A stretch of 64,000 nucleotides of DNA from Bdellovibrionales bacterium (GCA_965203095.1 OZ241877.1:1504001-1568000), one strand, 5' to 3'. Shown: positions 27,799 to 38,310, numbered from the stretch's first letter. Numbers and translations: made by a program. The notes: generated by a model from the sequence alone, not told the origin.

Positions 27799-29904
27799 AT
27801 GCTTTGCCGTATTCACTTGCCTGATGATTCTGTTAAGGAGTTTTCCTCTCCTCCCAATGGTTTGGACTTGGCCCAAAGTATTGGCCCGGGTCTTGCAAAA
27901 GGGGCTGTGGGGCTTTTGCTTAATAAAGAACCTTATGTTCAAGATCTGCGATCCATTTTAAAAAATGGGGATCGGGCGGAAATTGTGGCCATCCCCTCAG
28001 ATAAAGCCTTAGAGGTGATCCGGCACTCTTCAGCTCATGTAATGGCTCAGGCCGTTCAAAACCTTTGGCCGGAAGTTAAAGTCAGCATAGGCCCTGTAAT
28101 AGAAGATGGCTTTTACTATGATTTTGACACCGATCGATCCTTCAGCCCCGAAGATCTGGAGCGGATTGAAGAGGAGATGCACTCCATTTTGAAAAAAAAA
28201 TATAAGCTTGAAAAAGAGCTGTGGCCCAAGGCCAAAGCTATCTCCCACTTTGAACAAAAAGGGGAGTTGTTAAAAAAAGAAATTATAGAGGAGATAGAAG
28301 GGGATATTAGCATTTACAGGCAAGGCTCTTGGTTGGACTTGTGCAAAGGGCCTCATGTTCAGCATCTTGGTCAAATTGGAGCGGTCAAAGTTTTGTCTCA
28401 ATCAGGAGCTTATTGGCGAGGGGATCCTTCCAAAAAACAACTTACCAGGATTTACGGGACGGCTTTTCACACTAAAAAGCAACTCCAGCTTTTTTTGAAA
28501 AAACAAGAAGAGGCTAAAGAAAATGACCATCGGCAAATAGGAAAGAGGTTGGATTTATTTTGGTTTAGTGATCTCTCTCCCGGAAATCCTTTTTTTACCC
28601 CTTCAGGAACAGTGGTTTATCAAAAAATTCAGGAATTTTTGCGGGAAAAGTATAAAGAGTATGGCTATGAAGAGGTGATTAGCCCCCAGGTTTATCACTC
28701 TGATCTTTTTGAACGGTCGGGGCACTTAAAGCATTTTTCTGAAAACATGTATCCCGTTTTAGAAAAACCAAACCAATGGGCAGAAAGCTCTCTTGCTCAT
28801 TTTTTGGGAGCAGGAAAACCACCGGATAAGGAAAAAACTAAAAAGCTTGCCCCTGCCTTATATAATGACAAAAATGTTTTTCCTAAAAACTTTTCTCCTA
28901 AGGAAATGGGTATGATAAGGGGATATGCCTTCCTCAAGCCCATGAACTGCCCTGGCCATTGCCTCTTGTTTAAGAGGAACCGATGGTCTTATAAAAACCT
29001 ACCTTGGAGGGTGGCGGATTTTGGGCGATTACATCGCCGGGAACCGGCCGGTGCTCTTCAGGGGCTAACTCGAGTCAAAAGTTTTTGTCAAGATGACGCC
29101 CATGTTTTTTGCCGTTTGGACCAACTCTCCCAAGAAATTCAAAAAGGGGTAAAAATGTTGCAAGACATTTACCAAGTTTTTGGCCTCAGCCGTTATAATA
29201 TCCAACTTTCCACCCGGCCTAAGGATCGCATGGGGGGAGAATTTCTTTGGGATCAGGCAGAATCCGCCTTAAGTCAGGCTCTGCATGATTTAAAAATTCC
29301 CTTTGAATATCAGTTTGGGGAAGGGGCTTTTTATGGTCCTAAATTAGACATCACTGTTCGGGACAGCTTTGGCCGCAACTGGCAGTTAGGGACTTTTCAA
29401 TGTGATTTTAACTTGCCCCAATCTTTTAATCTGAGTTATGTGAGCCGGGAAGATAAAGAGGAAAGGCCCGTCCTGCTCCACAGGGCTATTTTGGGTTCTT
29501 TAGAAAGGTTTATAGGCATTTATTTAGAGCATTCTAAGGGGCGACTGCCCACTTGGCTCTCTCCGATTCAGGTAAAAATTTTGCCTTTGACAGAAAAGGA
29601 AAAAGTTTTTTCTCTCCATATCCAAAAAAAGCTTGAACAAAAAAAAATCATTTGTAAAATAGACAATAGAAATGAACAGTTGTCTTATAAAATTCGAGAG
29701 GCTCAAACTCAACAAATCCCCTATATGTTAGTTGTCGGCCCTAAAGAAGTGCAATCCGAAAGCCTTTCCGTTCGTTTGAGAACTGGCGAGTTGTTTTCAA
29801 AATGGAATCTTGAAGAGTTTGCCAATAAACTCTTTGAGGAGATCCAAAATCGGGACTCCAAAGCCTTCCTGCTCAAAAATCAGTCTAAAGGTATCTGCCA
29901 TTAA
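27799..29904 (+). CDS. thrS: Threonyl-tRNA synthetase
   Basis: TGS domain, RHSSAH, DLCKGPH, DHRQIG, KPMNCPGH, GAFYGPK, HRAILGSLERF. Confidence 0.98.
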   Translation: MLCRIHLPDDSVKEFSSPPNGLDLAQSIGPGLAKGAVGLLLNKEPYVQDLRSILKNGDRAEIVAIPSDKALEVIRHSSAHVMAQAVQNLWPEVKVSIGPVIEDGFYYDFDTDRSFSPEDLERIEEEMHSILKKKYKLEKELWPKAKAISHFEQKGELLKKEIIEEIEGDISIYRQGSWLDLCKGPHVQHLGQIGAVKVLSQSGAYWRGDPSKKQLTRIYGTAFHTKKQLQLFLKKQEEAKENDHRQIGKRLDLFWFSDLSPGNPFFTPSGTVVYQKIQEFLREKYKEYGYEEVISPQVYHSDLFERSGHLKHFSENMYPVLEKPNQWAESSLAHFLGAGKPPDKEKTKKLAPALYNDKNVFPKNFSPKEMGMIRGYAFLKPMNCPGHCLLFKRNRWSYKNLPWRVADFGRLHRREPAGALQGLTRVKSFCQDDAHVFCRLDQLSQEIQKGVKMLQDIYQVFGLSRYNIQLSTRPKDRMGGEFLWDQAESALSQALHDLKIPFEYQFGEGAFYGPKLDITVRDSFGRNWQLGTFQCDFNLPQSFNLSYVSREDKEERPVLLHRAILGSLERFIGIYLEHSKGRLPTWLSPIQVKILPLTEKEKVFSLHIQKKLEQKKIICKIDNRNEQLSYKIREAQTQQIPYMLVVGPKEVQSESLSVRLRTGELFSKWNLEEFANKLFEEIQNRDSKAFLLKNQSKGICH

Positions 29905-30601
29905 ATCCAAAAGACATTTTCGTGGCCGTTTTAAACGGGAGGAGAAACACCGCCGGAATGAAAGGGTGAAAGCTCCTGAAGTCCGCCTTATTGATGAAAA
30001 TGGGCAACTTGTGGGGTTAATGTCCTCTTCTTCTGCATTGCAGAAAGCACGAGAGAAGGGGCTGGATCTGGTGGAAATTCACGATAAATCACAACCTCCG
30101 ATATGCAAAATTATGGATTATGGGAAGTGGAGGTTTGAGACTAAAAAAAAGGAGAAACAAAACAGAAAAAAACAAAACAAAATTTTAGTTAAGGAAATAC
30201 AACTAAGACCCCGCACCGATGAGGGCGATATTCGTATTAAACTGGAAAAAGCCAAAGAGTTTTTAAACCAAGGCCATAAGGTGAAAGTGAATTTAAGATT
30301 TTTTGGCCGAGAAATGGCTCATAAGGAATTAGGATTCAACTTGTTAAAAAAAGTGGAGAAGCGACTTTCTGATCTGGCGATTCCGGAAATGCCAGCCAAA
30401 ATGGAAAGGCGAGCCTTGTTTGTCATTTTAGCCCCGCAAAGCCACTTTAGTAAAAAAAGCTCAAAAGCCTCTGCTCGTTCAGGAGCAAAGCTCAAAACTG
30501 TATCAGAATCTTCTAACAGCCCACCCACCGCTGAGCAAAAAGCTTCTTCTTCCTCTGTTATTGTGGAAAAGCAATTCATAAAAAACATCAATAACAGGTA
30601 G
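29900..30601 (+). CDS. infC: Translation initiation factor IF-3, probable ATT start
   Basis: NERVKAPEVRLI, CKIMDYGKWRFE, KVKVNLRFFGRE; in-frame ATT at 29900 overlapping the thrS stop. Confidence 0.92.
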   Translation: MKSKRHFRGRFKREEKHRRNERVKAPEVRLIDENGQLVGLMSSSSALQKAREKGLDLVEIHDKSQPPICKIMDYGKWRFETKKKEKQNRKKQNKILVKEIQLRPRTDEGDIRIKLEKAKEFLNQGHKVKVNLRFFGREMAHKELGFNLLKKVEKRLSDLAIPEMPAKMERRALFVILAPQSHFSKKSSKASARSGAKLKTVSESSNSPPTAEQKASSSSVIVEKQFIKNINNR

Positions 30602-30734
30602 TTAGTCCTGAAAAAGCTTACTAAAAAACCTATTTTTTAAAGTTTTTTTGGGAAAAAATCTCATTATGTGATTGAGTTTAGTCCAGCATGGAATCTTTTT
30701 TGCTACACAAAAAAGGCAAAGGAGGAATTGAACT

Positions 30735-30944
30735 ATGGACAAAAATAATCCTGAAAACATCCGATCGGTCCAAAAGAAAGACCAAAAAAAGGAATTTCTC
30801 TCCGGTCAAAATGAGTGCTATCTTTGTGGCCAGCCTTTAAGCACTCATATTGAGTATTTGCCACAAACTCATTTAGTGGTAGAGAGAGCCCAGTGCCATA
30901 GCTGTATGACAGTGGTTAGGGTAAAAAATCACTCTTTGCATTAG
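30735..30944 (+). CDS. Small zinc-ribbon-like protein
   Basis: CYLC ... CHSC; strong AAGGAGG RBS. Confidence 0.65.
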   Translation: MDKNNPENIRSVQKKDQKKEFLSGQNECYLCGQPLSTHIEYLPQTHLVVERAQCHSCMTVVRVKNHSLH

Positions 30945-31007
30945 AAGGTTTTACTTTTTTTGGCTGGACCCTTGGCAAATTTTCTAAAAAGCTCTTCAGG
31001 CTTTTTA

Positions 31008-31030
31008 GTTCCCGCGAGAGCGGGAATCCA
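31008..31030. repeat. Dispersed REP-like palindrome
   Basis: GTTCCCGCGAGAGCGGGAATCCA. Confidence 0.75.
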
Positions 31031-31372
31031 TATCTGTTGAAAACAAGAATCCAGATTTTCTATAAAATTTGCTAAAGGAGGGGGTATTCCTTTCTCAACA
31101 CGAAAAACAGGCACAAAAAGCCCGTATTTTAAGGCTAAATGGGTGGAATAATCCTGTTGTCATGAAAAAATCTTAAAAAATAAAAACTAAGTGATAGGAT
31201 AAGATTAAATAATGAAAACTTGACATTTTGTCATTTTTTTGACAAAAAACAACAAAAAAAGGCATTTACACAGTGCAACATAAAGTTTATTTGGCTTTAT
31301 CCGGTTTTTTACTGCTATTCTATTGGAGGAAAAGTATTAGTTCAGTTGTTTCCCACAGGAAAGGAGGTTTTA

Positions 31373-31672
31373 ATGTTAGATAACTTTCAGTTTAATGGCT
31401 TTGTGCCCAATCAAAGCATAAAGAGGCAGAGCCGTTTTTTTTACAACCTTATTGAAAAGCGTGCTCCCAGTGATTCCAAAAAAACGGCGTCTTTAACTAA
31501 GAGGGGAAAGCTCTATGAGGCTCGCCTGAGGATCTCATCTGCCGGGGCCTGTTCTTTTGAGATTTTTTCCAGGGAAAATAGCATCTCAGGCTCTATGAAT
31601 AGCCTTCGAAAACAGTTTTTTGACAAAATCATCAGATGGAACAAACAAAGAGATCAAAAAGTAGCTCTCTAA
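31373..31672 (+). CDS. Hypothetical protein (99 aa; start reassigned)
   Basis: AAGGAGG RBS just before ATG 31373, in frame with ORF 31220..31672. Confidence 0.55.
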   Translation: MLDNFQFNGFVPNQSIKRQSRFFYNLIEKRAPSDSKKTASLTKRGKLYEARLRISSAGACSFEIFSRENSISGSMNSLRKQFFDKIIRWNKQRDQKVAL

Positions 31673-31780
31673 AGCCAGCTCAACCTTTTATCATAGTTTA
31701 AAAGCTCTATTACGGCTATCTTCCCTCACTTCATCTTGAAAACTCAAACAAAATGAGTGTAAAAACTAAGGGGAGTCATA

Positions 31781-33196
31781 ATGCCCTGTAGGATAGATCT
31801 TGAATTTTTATTAAAAGCCATCCCCCATTCCTCTTGCTTGCAAAAGGCTGAAAGTATTTTTGATGGCCTCTCCACAGATTCTCGACAAGATCTTAAAGGC
31901 AAAGTGTTTTTTGCCCTTAAAGGGCCTCATTTTGATGGGCAGGATTTTTTGCAGGAGGCTATGGATAAAGGGGCTATAGCCTTTGTTGTGAGTGATAAAA
32001 ACAAAGTCAGTAAATTTTTAAAAAATAAAAGGCTGACTGTTATCCATGTCCCGGACACTTTAAAGGCACTTCAAAAATTAGCCTATTTATGGAATCAGCG
32101 GATGAAAACAAAAGTTGTGGCCATCACTGGGAGCAATGGCAAAACCACCACTCGGTATTTTGCTCAAACTTTATTCCTCAGTGAAAAGCCTTTTTTTAGC
32201 CCAAAAAGCCATAATAATTTTGTAGGCGTCCCTCTCTCTCTTTTGCAAGTGAATCGTGAAGGGGCTTTCCTCATTCAAGAGATAGGGACCAACTCTCCTG
32301 GGGAGGTGGCTTTTCTCACTTCGCTTTGCCGGCCAGTGATTTCTACTGTGACAATGGTTGGGCCTTCTCACTTAGAGGGCTTAGGCTCAGAAGAGGCTGT
32401 AGCAAGGGAAAAACAACAAGTTTATTCCCACAGTGCTTCTTCAGCCCTTTGGATTTTTAACAGAGACAATTTTTGGACTGAAAACATGTTTCAAAAATCC
32501 TCTCGCTCGCAAAAATTGGTTTTGACTTTTTCTTCTATAAAACAAAATACTGATGTTTGTTTAAATTTTGTTGAAGAAAAAGCCATGTCCTCTTTAATCC
32601 AAGGGCGGATAGGCTCAGTTAAGGGGCAAAGTTTAGTTTTATTTTCCGGAAGTCCTCATTTAGAAAATCTTATGTGTGCCTGCTGTTTGGCCTTAGGGGC
32701 TGGAATTGACCCTAAAACTATATGGAATCAAATTTCTCAATGCCGTTTACCTCCGGGGAGGCAGGAGTTATTGCATATTAAAGACAAAAATATTTCTATC
32801 TTTTTTGACGGTTATAATGCCAATCCCTCCAGCATGAATTTTTTTCTTGATTTTATTGGAAGATTTTCAACCCCTCAGCAAAGGTTGTTAGCCCTTGGGG
32901 ACATGAAAGAATTGGGCCCGGCCTCTTCCCACTTTCATAAGCAGTTGGCCACTCACTCGGCACTTTTAGAATCTCGCTTTATAATTTTTATGGGTCAGCA
33001 TGGCCTTTTGTTGGAGGAGGAGCTAAAAAAACAGGGTTTTAAAGGGAGTTTTATTTGTTCTGACATATACAATTCAAAAATACTTTCTGTTTTAAGGGAA
33101 GAATTAAAACCGGGGGATTTTTTAGCTGTTAAAGCTTCACGAAGTTTCCGGCTGGAAAGGTTAGTGCGTGATTTGACCGGAAAAAAAATTTTTTAA
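31781..33196 (+). CDS. murF: UDP-MurNAc-tripeptide--D-Ala-D-Ala ligase
   Basis: STDSR, FFALKGPHFDG, ITGSNGKTTT, NNFVGVP, DGYNANPSSM, LGDMKELG, VKASR. Confidence 0.93.
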   Translation: MPCRIDLEFLLKAIPHSSCLQKAESIFDGLSTDSRQDLKGKVFFALKGPHFDGQDFLQEAMDKGAIAFVVSDKNKVSKFLKNKRLTVIHVPDTLKALQKLAYLWNQRMKTKVVAITGSNGKTTTRYFAQTLFLSEKPFFSPKSHNNFVGVPLSLLQVNREGAFLIQEIGTNSPGEVAFLTSLCRPVISTVTMVGPSHLEGLGSEEAVAREKQQVYSHSASSALWIFNRDNFWTENMFQKSSRSQKLVLTFSSIKQNTDVCLNFVEEKAMSSLIQGRIGSVKGQSLVLFSGSPHLENLMCACCLALGAGIDPKTIWNQISQCRLPPGRQELLHIKDKNISIFFDGYNANPSSMNFFLDFIGRFSTPQQRLLALGDMKELGPASSHFHKQLATHSALLESRFIIFMGQHGLLLEEELKKQGFKGSFICSDIYNSKILSVLREELKPGDFLAVKASRSFRLERLVRDLTGKKIF

Positions 33197-33303
33197 AAAA
33201 AGTGGACAAGCTCTTTACTAATAAATATAATGGCTTTATTAAAATTTTTAACTTAAAGAGGGTATAAATCATGGGAGTGTTTTATATTTTTTTAAAAAAG
33301 GCT

Positions 33304-33711
33304 ATGGGTAAAAGGGGCTTGAGCCTGATTGAAATGCTTGTAGTGGTAGGCATTTTGGCTTTTGTTATGTCTGTTGTGGCACGCTCTGTCTCTCAAAGGA
33401 AGAAAAAAAGCCAAGTCAGCCAAACTAAAATTTTAATTGGGGTGATTGAGCAGGCTATGGAGGAGTTTAATTATGATTGTGGGTATTACCCGGAGTCTTT
33501 GCAAGATCTGGTATCCTCACCGGGGGATTGTGAAGAGTGGGGGCCTCAGCCCTACTTAAAAAACGGGAAAATTCCAAAAGATCCTTGGGGTAAGGATTTT
33601 ATTTATGAGTATGATGAAAGCAGTGGGAGCTTTGCCATTGTGAGTTGGGGGGCTGACAGGAAACCCGGTGGCAGTGGGCAATTCAATAAAGACATTTCCT
33701 CTTTAGATTGA
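33304..33711 (+). CDS. gspG: Type II secretion major pseudopilin
   Basis: RG|LSLIEML prepilin motif, 'WGPQPYL', 'PKDPWG', 'SWGADRKPGG...DI'. Confidence 0.88.
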   Translation: MGKRGLSLIEMLVVVGILAFVMSVVARSVSQRKKKSQVSQTKILIGVIEQAMEEFNYDCGYYPESLQDLVSSPGDCEEWGPQPYLKNGKIPKDPWGKDFIYEYDESSGSFAIVSWGADRKPGGSGQFNKDISSLD

Positions 33712-33830
33712 TGCCAGATTGTTGATATTTTTTAGAGCTTTTTATTTTTGCCTTTCTCTTAAGTTTTAAGGAAGGTTCTGCCCGGTGCAATAGAGGGCGT
33801 TTATGTTAGAGAAACAGCCTCAATAAAAAT

Positions 33831-34415
33831 ATGATTTTTGCAAAATGGGCTTTTCCCTTTAGCAAAACACAGTCAAAAGCTTTTTCACTTATAGAGCTAT
33901 TACTGGTTTTATTTATTTTGGTTTTTGTGTTTGCCTTTGTTTCCAAAAGATTTTTCCGTAAGGAGGAAAAAGTCAGAACCGCTTTTGATAAACTGGCTCG
34001 CCTTAATCGCCGGTTGGTTTTGCAATCTCAGATGAATAATCAAACTTATCGTTGGGTTATTGATCTCAAAAGTGATGGGCCGGAACAATATTGGGTGGAA
34101 AAACAACAGATAAAATCTCCACAGGCAACTGAAGATGAGGAAAAGCCCTCTTCAGGTTTTGTTGTGGATCGTAGGTTTTTCCCTGAGCCGGAGATCATTA
34201 CTCCTCTTTTAGATATTTCTCGTGTGGAAAGCACTTTATTAGAGGAGGCTCAAACTGAAGGGCAGGTTTACATTTATTATTATCCTAAGGGTTTAGCTCA
34301 AGAGACGGCTCTTCATTTTTATCGCCCGGACAATCAAGCTGTTTGGACTTTACATTTAAATCCGGCAACCAAAAGCCTTGAGCTATTTAAAGGTGAAAAA
34401 AATATTTCTCAATAA
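33831..34415 (+). CDS. Minor pseudopilin (GspH-like)
   Basis: KA|FSLIELL prepilin motif; follows gspG; 'IYYYPKG'. Confidence 0.7.
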   Translation: MIFAKWAFPFSKTQSKAFSLIELLLVLFILVFVFAFVSKRFFRKEEKVRTAFDKLARLNRRLVLQSQMNNQTYRWVIDLKSDGPEQYWVEKQQIKSPQATEDEEKPSSGFVVDRRFFPEPEIITPLLDISRVESTLLEEAQTEGQVYIYYYPKGLAQETALHFYRPDNQAVWTLHLNPATKSLELFKGEKNISQ

Positions 34416-34431
34416 AAATAAAAATTGCACG

Positions 34432-34473
34432 GATTTTGTTTGAAAATGCCTGCTTTCTGGACTCTGCTTTGAC
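34432..34473 (+). repeat. Left copy of an imperfect 42-bp direct repeat flanking hsdRMS
   Basis: GATTTTGTTTGAAAATGCCTGCTTTCTGGACTCTGCTTTGAC vs 40115-40156 (6 mismatches by eye). Confidence 0.6.
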
Positions 34474-34556
34474 CAGGATTTTCAACTATTATCAATATAA
34501 GCCATTTTCTTACTTGAAAAAACTTGGACAATACCTGAAAATAAAAAATACATTTT

Positions 34557-36845
34557 ATGAATAAAAAAGATCTAACAGAACGAGATATTTGCACAAAATA
34601 TATTACTCCTGCTATAGAACAGGCGGGTTGGGATAAAATTTTTCAAATAAGGGAAGAGCTTTACTTTACGGACGGAAGGATCCAAGTCCAGGGGCAAAAA
34701 AGCAAGAGGTTGAAGGGCAGGAAGGCAGACTATATTCTTTATAAAAATGACAAGCAAATTGCAGTTATTGAGGCTAAAGATAACAATCACTCTATATCTT
34801 CAGGTATACAACAGGCTTTAGAGTATGCGGATATTTTAGACATTCCCTTTGCTTTTTCCTCAAACGGCGATGGTTTTTTATTCCATGATAAAACATCCGG
34901 TAGAGAAACAGAGTTGCAACTACAAGACTTCCCCTCCCCCGGAAAACTTTGGTCCATTTATAAAAAACATAAAAACCTCAATGAGGAGCAGGAAAAAATC
35001 ATTTTAGAGCCTTACCACAGTGGGGCTGAGGTAAAAGAGCCAAGATATTACCAAAGAATAGCCATTAACAGGGTGGTTGAGGCTATTTCTAAAGGTCAAA
35101 ACAGACTTCTTTTAGTTATGGCCACGGGAACAGGAAAAACCTACACAGCTTTTCAAATCATGTGGAAACTTTGGAAAGCCAAAAAGAAAAAACGAATTTT
35201 ATTTTTAGCAGACAGAAACATTTTAGTTGACCAAAGCCGAAACAATGACTTTGCCCCTTTTAGACATGTAATGACAAAAATCAAAGGGAGAGTGGCGGAT
35301 CCCGCTTACGAAGTTTTTTTATCTTTGTATCAGGCCATTACTGGGGAAGAAGAGAGTAAGAAAATTTTTAAAAAATTCTCTAAGGATTTTTTTGATTTGA
35401 TTGTGATTGATGAATGCCACAGAGGAAGTGCTAAAGAGGACTCCTCTTGGCGGGAAATTTTAGAGTATTTTAACTCTGCAACTCAAATCGGTTTGACAGC
35501 TACTCCAAGAGAGACCAAATATACTTCCAACATTCGTTATTTTGGTGATCCTGTTTATACTTATTCTTTAAAGCAGGGTATAGAAGACGGCTTTTTAGCT
35601 CCCTACAAGGTAATAAGAATTGACATAGATAAAGACATTTATGGCTGGAGGCCGAAAAAGGGCCAGATGGACAAATACGGCCAGCTTATTGAAGACAGAG
35701 AATTTAAACAAAAAGATATGGACAAAAGCCTTGTTCTTGAAAAAAGAACAGAGCTTGTAGCTGAGAAAGTGACTGAGTTTTTAGAGCAAACAGACCTTTT
35801 TCAAAAAACAATTGTTTTTTGTGATGACATAGATCATGCAGAAAGAATGAGGTTGGAGCTTATCCATCAAAACTCTCAAGAAGTTAAAAAAAACAATAAA
35901 TACATTATGAAAATAACAGGTGATGATAAGATAGGAAAAGACGAGCTTGAAAATTTTATCAACCCCGAAAAAAGATATCCTGTAATCGTCACAAGCTCAA
36001 AACTGCTTACAACAGGAGTAGATGCAAGAACATGCAAGTTGATTGTTTTGGACAAAACCATCAACTCCATGTCTGAGTTTAAGCAAATTATAGGGAGAGG
36101 GACTCGTGTGGAAGAGGATTTTGGTAAAATGTTTTTTACAATTATGGACTTCAAGGGAGCTACAAGGCTTTTTAATGATCCTGATTTTGACGGTGAGCCG
36201 GTGGAATTTTACGAGTCAAGACCAGGGAAGCCTATCGTTCCTTCAGGGAATGAAGATAAGCCAGCAGAAAACCCGGATGATTTTGAACCAAGAAAAAAAT
36301 ATTATGTTAAAAACCAGCCTGTTGAAATTATAGGTGAGGAGATAAGATATATCGGAGCTAAGGGCCAACTTATCACTGAGTCTTTTATAGATTACACCAA
36401 AAAAATTGTTTGCAAAAAATATCCCACTTTAAATAAATTCATTACTCATTGGAAGGAGTCAAACAATAAAAAAAAGCTTATAGATGAATTACAGGAAGAG
36501 GGTTTATTGACAATCCCTCTTAAAGAAAAGATCAATCAAAATATAGATGTTTTTGATTTAATAAATTATTTTGTTTTTGGGAAAGAGTTTTTAACAAAAG
36601 AGCAGAGGATAGAAAAAGCTAAAAACTCTTCTGCCTTCTCCCTTTTAGAGATGGATTGCCGGAAAATAATAAGTGAGCTTTTAAAAAAATATTCTCATAA
36701 TGGAGTGGATAGCTTAGAGAATTTGGAAATTCTAAAAACTCCCTCTATGGGCAAATTTGGAACTGCTATGGAAATACTTAATAAATTTAACGGAACAGAA
36801 AAATACATAGAGACCATAAGACAAATACTTAATGAGCTTTATTAA
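34557..36845 (+). CDS. hsdR: Type I restriction enzyme R subunit (EcoAI/EcoEI-like)
   Basis: LTERDICTKYITPA, ADY...VIEAK nuclease motif, MATGTGKT, DECHRG, GLTATP, QIIGRGTR. Confidence 0.95.
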   Translation: MNKKDLTERDICTKYITPAIEQAGWDKIFQIREELYFTDGRIQVQGQKSKRLKGRKADYILYKNDKQIAVIEAKDNNHSISSGIQQALEYADILDIPFAFSSNGDGFLFHDKTSGRETELQLQDFPSPGKLWSIYKKHKNLNEEQEKIILEPYHSGAEVKEPRYYQRIAINRVVEAISKGQNRLLLVMATGTGKTYTAFQIMWKLWKAKKKKRILFLADRNILVDQSRNNDFAPFRHVMTKIKGRVADPAYEVFLSLYQAITGEEESKKIFKKFSKDFFDLIVIDECHRGSAKEDSSWREILEYFNSATQIGLTATPRETKYTSNIRYFGDPVYTYSLKQGIEDGFLAPYKVIRIDIDKDIYGWRPKKGQMDKYGQLIEDREFKQKDMDKSLVLEKRTELVAEKVTEFLEQTDLFQKTIVFCDDIDHAERMRLELIHQNSQEVKKNNKYIMKITGDDKIGKDELENFINPEKRYPVIVTSSKLLTTGVDARTCKLIVLDKTINSMSEFKQIIGRGTRVEEDFGKMFFTIMDFKGATRLFNDPDFDGEPVEFYESRPGKPIVPSGNEDKPAENPDDFEPRKKYYVKNQPVEIIGEEIRYIGAKGQLITESFIDYTKKIVCKKYPTLNKFITHWKESNNKKKLIDELQEEGLLTIPLKEKINQNIDVFDLINYFVFGKEFLTKEQRIEKAKNSSAFSLLEMDCRKIISELLKKYSHNGVDSLENLEILKTPSMGKFGTAMEILNKFNGTEKYIETIRQILNELY

Positions 36846-36870
36846 ACTAAGTAATAAACAGAGTAAAAAT

Positions 36871-38310
36871 ATGTCACTACAAAACCTTGTAAAATCCATA
36901 CAAAACATTATGAGAAAAGATGCAGGAGTTAATGGGGACGCTCAAAGGATTGAGCAGTTGGGTTGGATTTTTTTCTTAAAGATATTTAGTGATAAAGAGA
37001 TTGAAAGCCAAACTCTAAAAAAAAACTATCGTCCCTCTATTCCAAAAAAATACTTATGGCAAAGTTGGGCCAGCAATCCTGAAGGCCGGACAGGAGATGA
37101 GTTATTGAGTTTTATCAATAATGATTTGTTTCCGCGGTTAAAAAACATGTCTTTGAATATTCAGACAAATCCAAAAGGGCTTATCATTAAGGAGGTTTTT
37201 CAGGATTCAAATAATTATATGAAAAACGGCACACTTTTAAGGCAAGTCATTAACAAAGTGAATGGAATTGATTTTAATAAAAAAGAGGATTTGCATATTT
37301 TTGGGGATATTTACGAAAATTTTTTAAAGGACTTACAAGGTGCTGGGAATGCGGGAGAATTTTACACACCAAGACCAGTCACTCAATTTATGACAGAAAT
37401 GATTAGCCCTCAGTTAGGGGAAAAAGTTTTAGATCCTGCTTGCGGGACAGGAGGTTTTTTATCCTGTGCCACCCAATATATCAGAAAACATTATGTGGAG
37501 ACAGTGAGAGACAGAAAAACACTTCAAAAACAAATTCATGGAGTTGAGAAAAAGCCTCTTCCTCATCTTCTTTGTATGACCAATATGCTTTTGCATGAGA
37601 TTGAAATTCCAACACAGATTATCAGGGGGAATAAACTGGCAAAAAGGGTTACAGAATATAAAGTTAAGGACAGGGTGGATGTTATTTTAACAAATCCTCC
37701 TTTTGGCGGAAGTGAAGAGGAGGGGATTAAGGCTAATTTTCCAAAACCTTTTCAAACCAGCGAGACAGCGGATTTGTTTCTTGTATTGATTATAAATTTG
37801 CTAAAAGAAGGAGGCCGAGCGGGTGTTGTTTTGCCTAATGGTTGTTTATCTCAAGCAGGAGTCACGGCAAGAATTAGGCAAGAGCTTTTAGAGACTTGCA
37901 ATCTTCATACAATAGTGAGACTGCCTCAGGGGGTTTTTAGCCCTTACTCTTCTATCCATACCAATCTTTTGTTTTTTAATAAAGGTCCTATCACAAAAAA
38001 AATATGGTATTATGAATTGCCTTTGCCTCAAGGTTTAAAATCATACAACAAAGGGAATCCCATTCAGCATAAAGAGTTTGAGCCAGTTAAAGAGTGGTTT
38101 AAATACAGAAAAGCCAACAAACATGCTTGGCAGGTTTCCATAGAGGAAATAAAGAAAAACGGTTATATTCTGGATATTAAAAACCCTATTATGGATAAAG
38201 AGGAATATGCCGACCCCGCAGTTCTTGAAAAAGAATATTTGCTTTTAAAAAAGAAAAACAAAAAACTGCTGAATGAAATAAAACAAAAAATAGAAAAAGC
38301 CTTACTTTGA
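36871..38310 (+). CDS. hsdM: Type I R-M methyltransferase (N6-adenine) M subunit
   Basis: RKDAGVNGDAQRIEQ, GEFYTPR, DPACGTGGFL, TNPPFGG; start may be 36832 or 36871. Confidence 0.95.
   Translation: MSLQNLVKSIQNIMRKDAGVNGDAQRIEQLGWIFFLKIFSDKEIESQTLKKNYRPSIPKKYLWQSWASNPEGRTGDELLSFINNDLFPRLKNMSLNIQTNPKGLIIKEVFQDSNNYMKNGTLLRQVINKVNGIDFNKKEDLHIFGDIYENFLKDLQGAGNAGEFYTPRPVTQFMTEMISPQLGEKVLDPACGTGGFLSCATQYIRKHYVETVRDRKTLQKQIHGVEKKPLPHLLCMTNMLLHEIEIPTQIIRGNKLAKRVTEYKVKDRVDVILTNPPFGGSEEEGIKANFPKPFQTSETADLFLVLIINLLKEGGRAGVVLPNGCLSQAGVTARIRQELLETCNLHTIVRLPQGVFSPYSSIHTNLLFFNKGPITKKIWYYELPLPQGLKSYNKGNPIQHKEFEPVKEWFKYRKANKHAWQVSIEEIKKNGYILDIKNPIMDKEEYADPAVLEKEYLLLKKKNKKLLNEIKQKIEKALL

Noticed and set aside
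29810..29899. ORF-track N-terminal extension of infC
   Set aside because: Overlaps the thrS 3' end; the ATT at 29900 is the better start
31220..31372. N-terminal extension of ORF 31220..31672
   Set aside because: Runs through promoter-like sequence starting at TTGACA; the strong RBS supports ATG 31373
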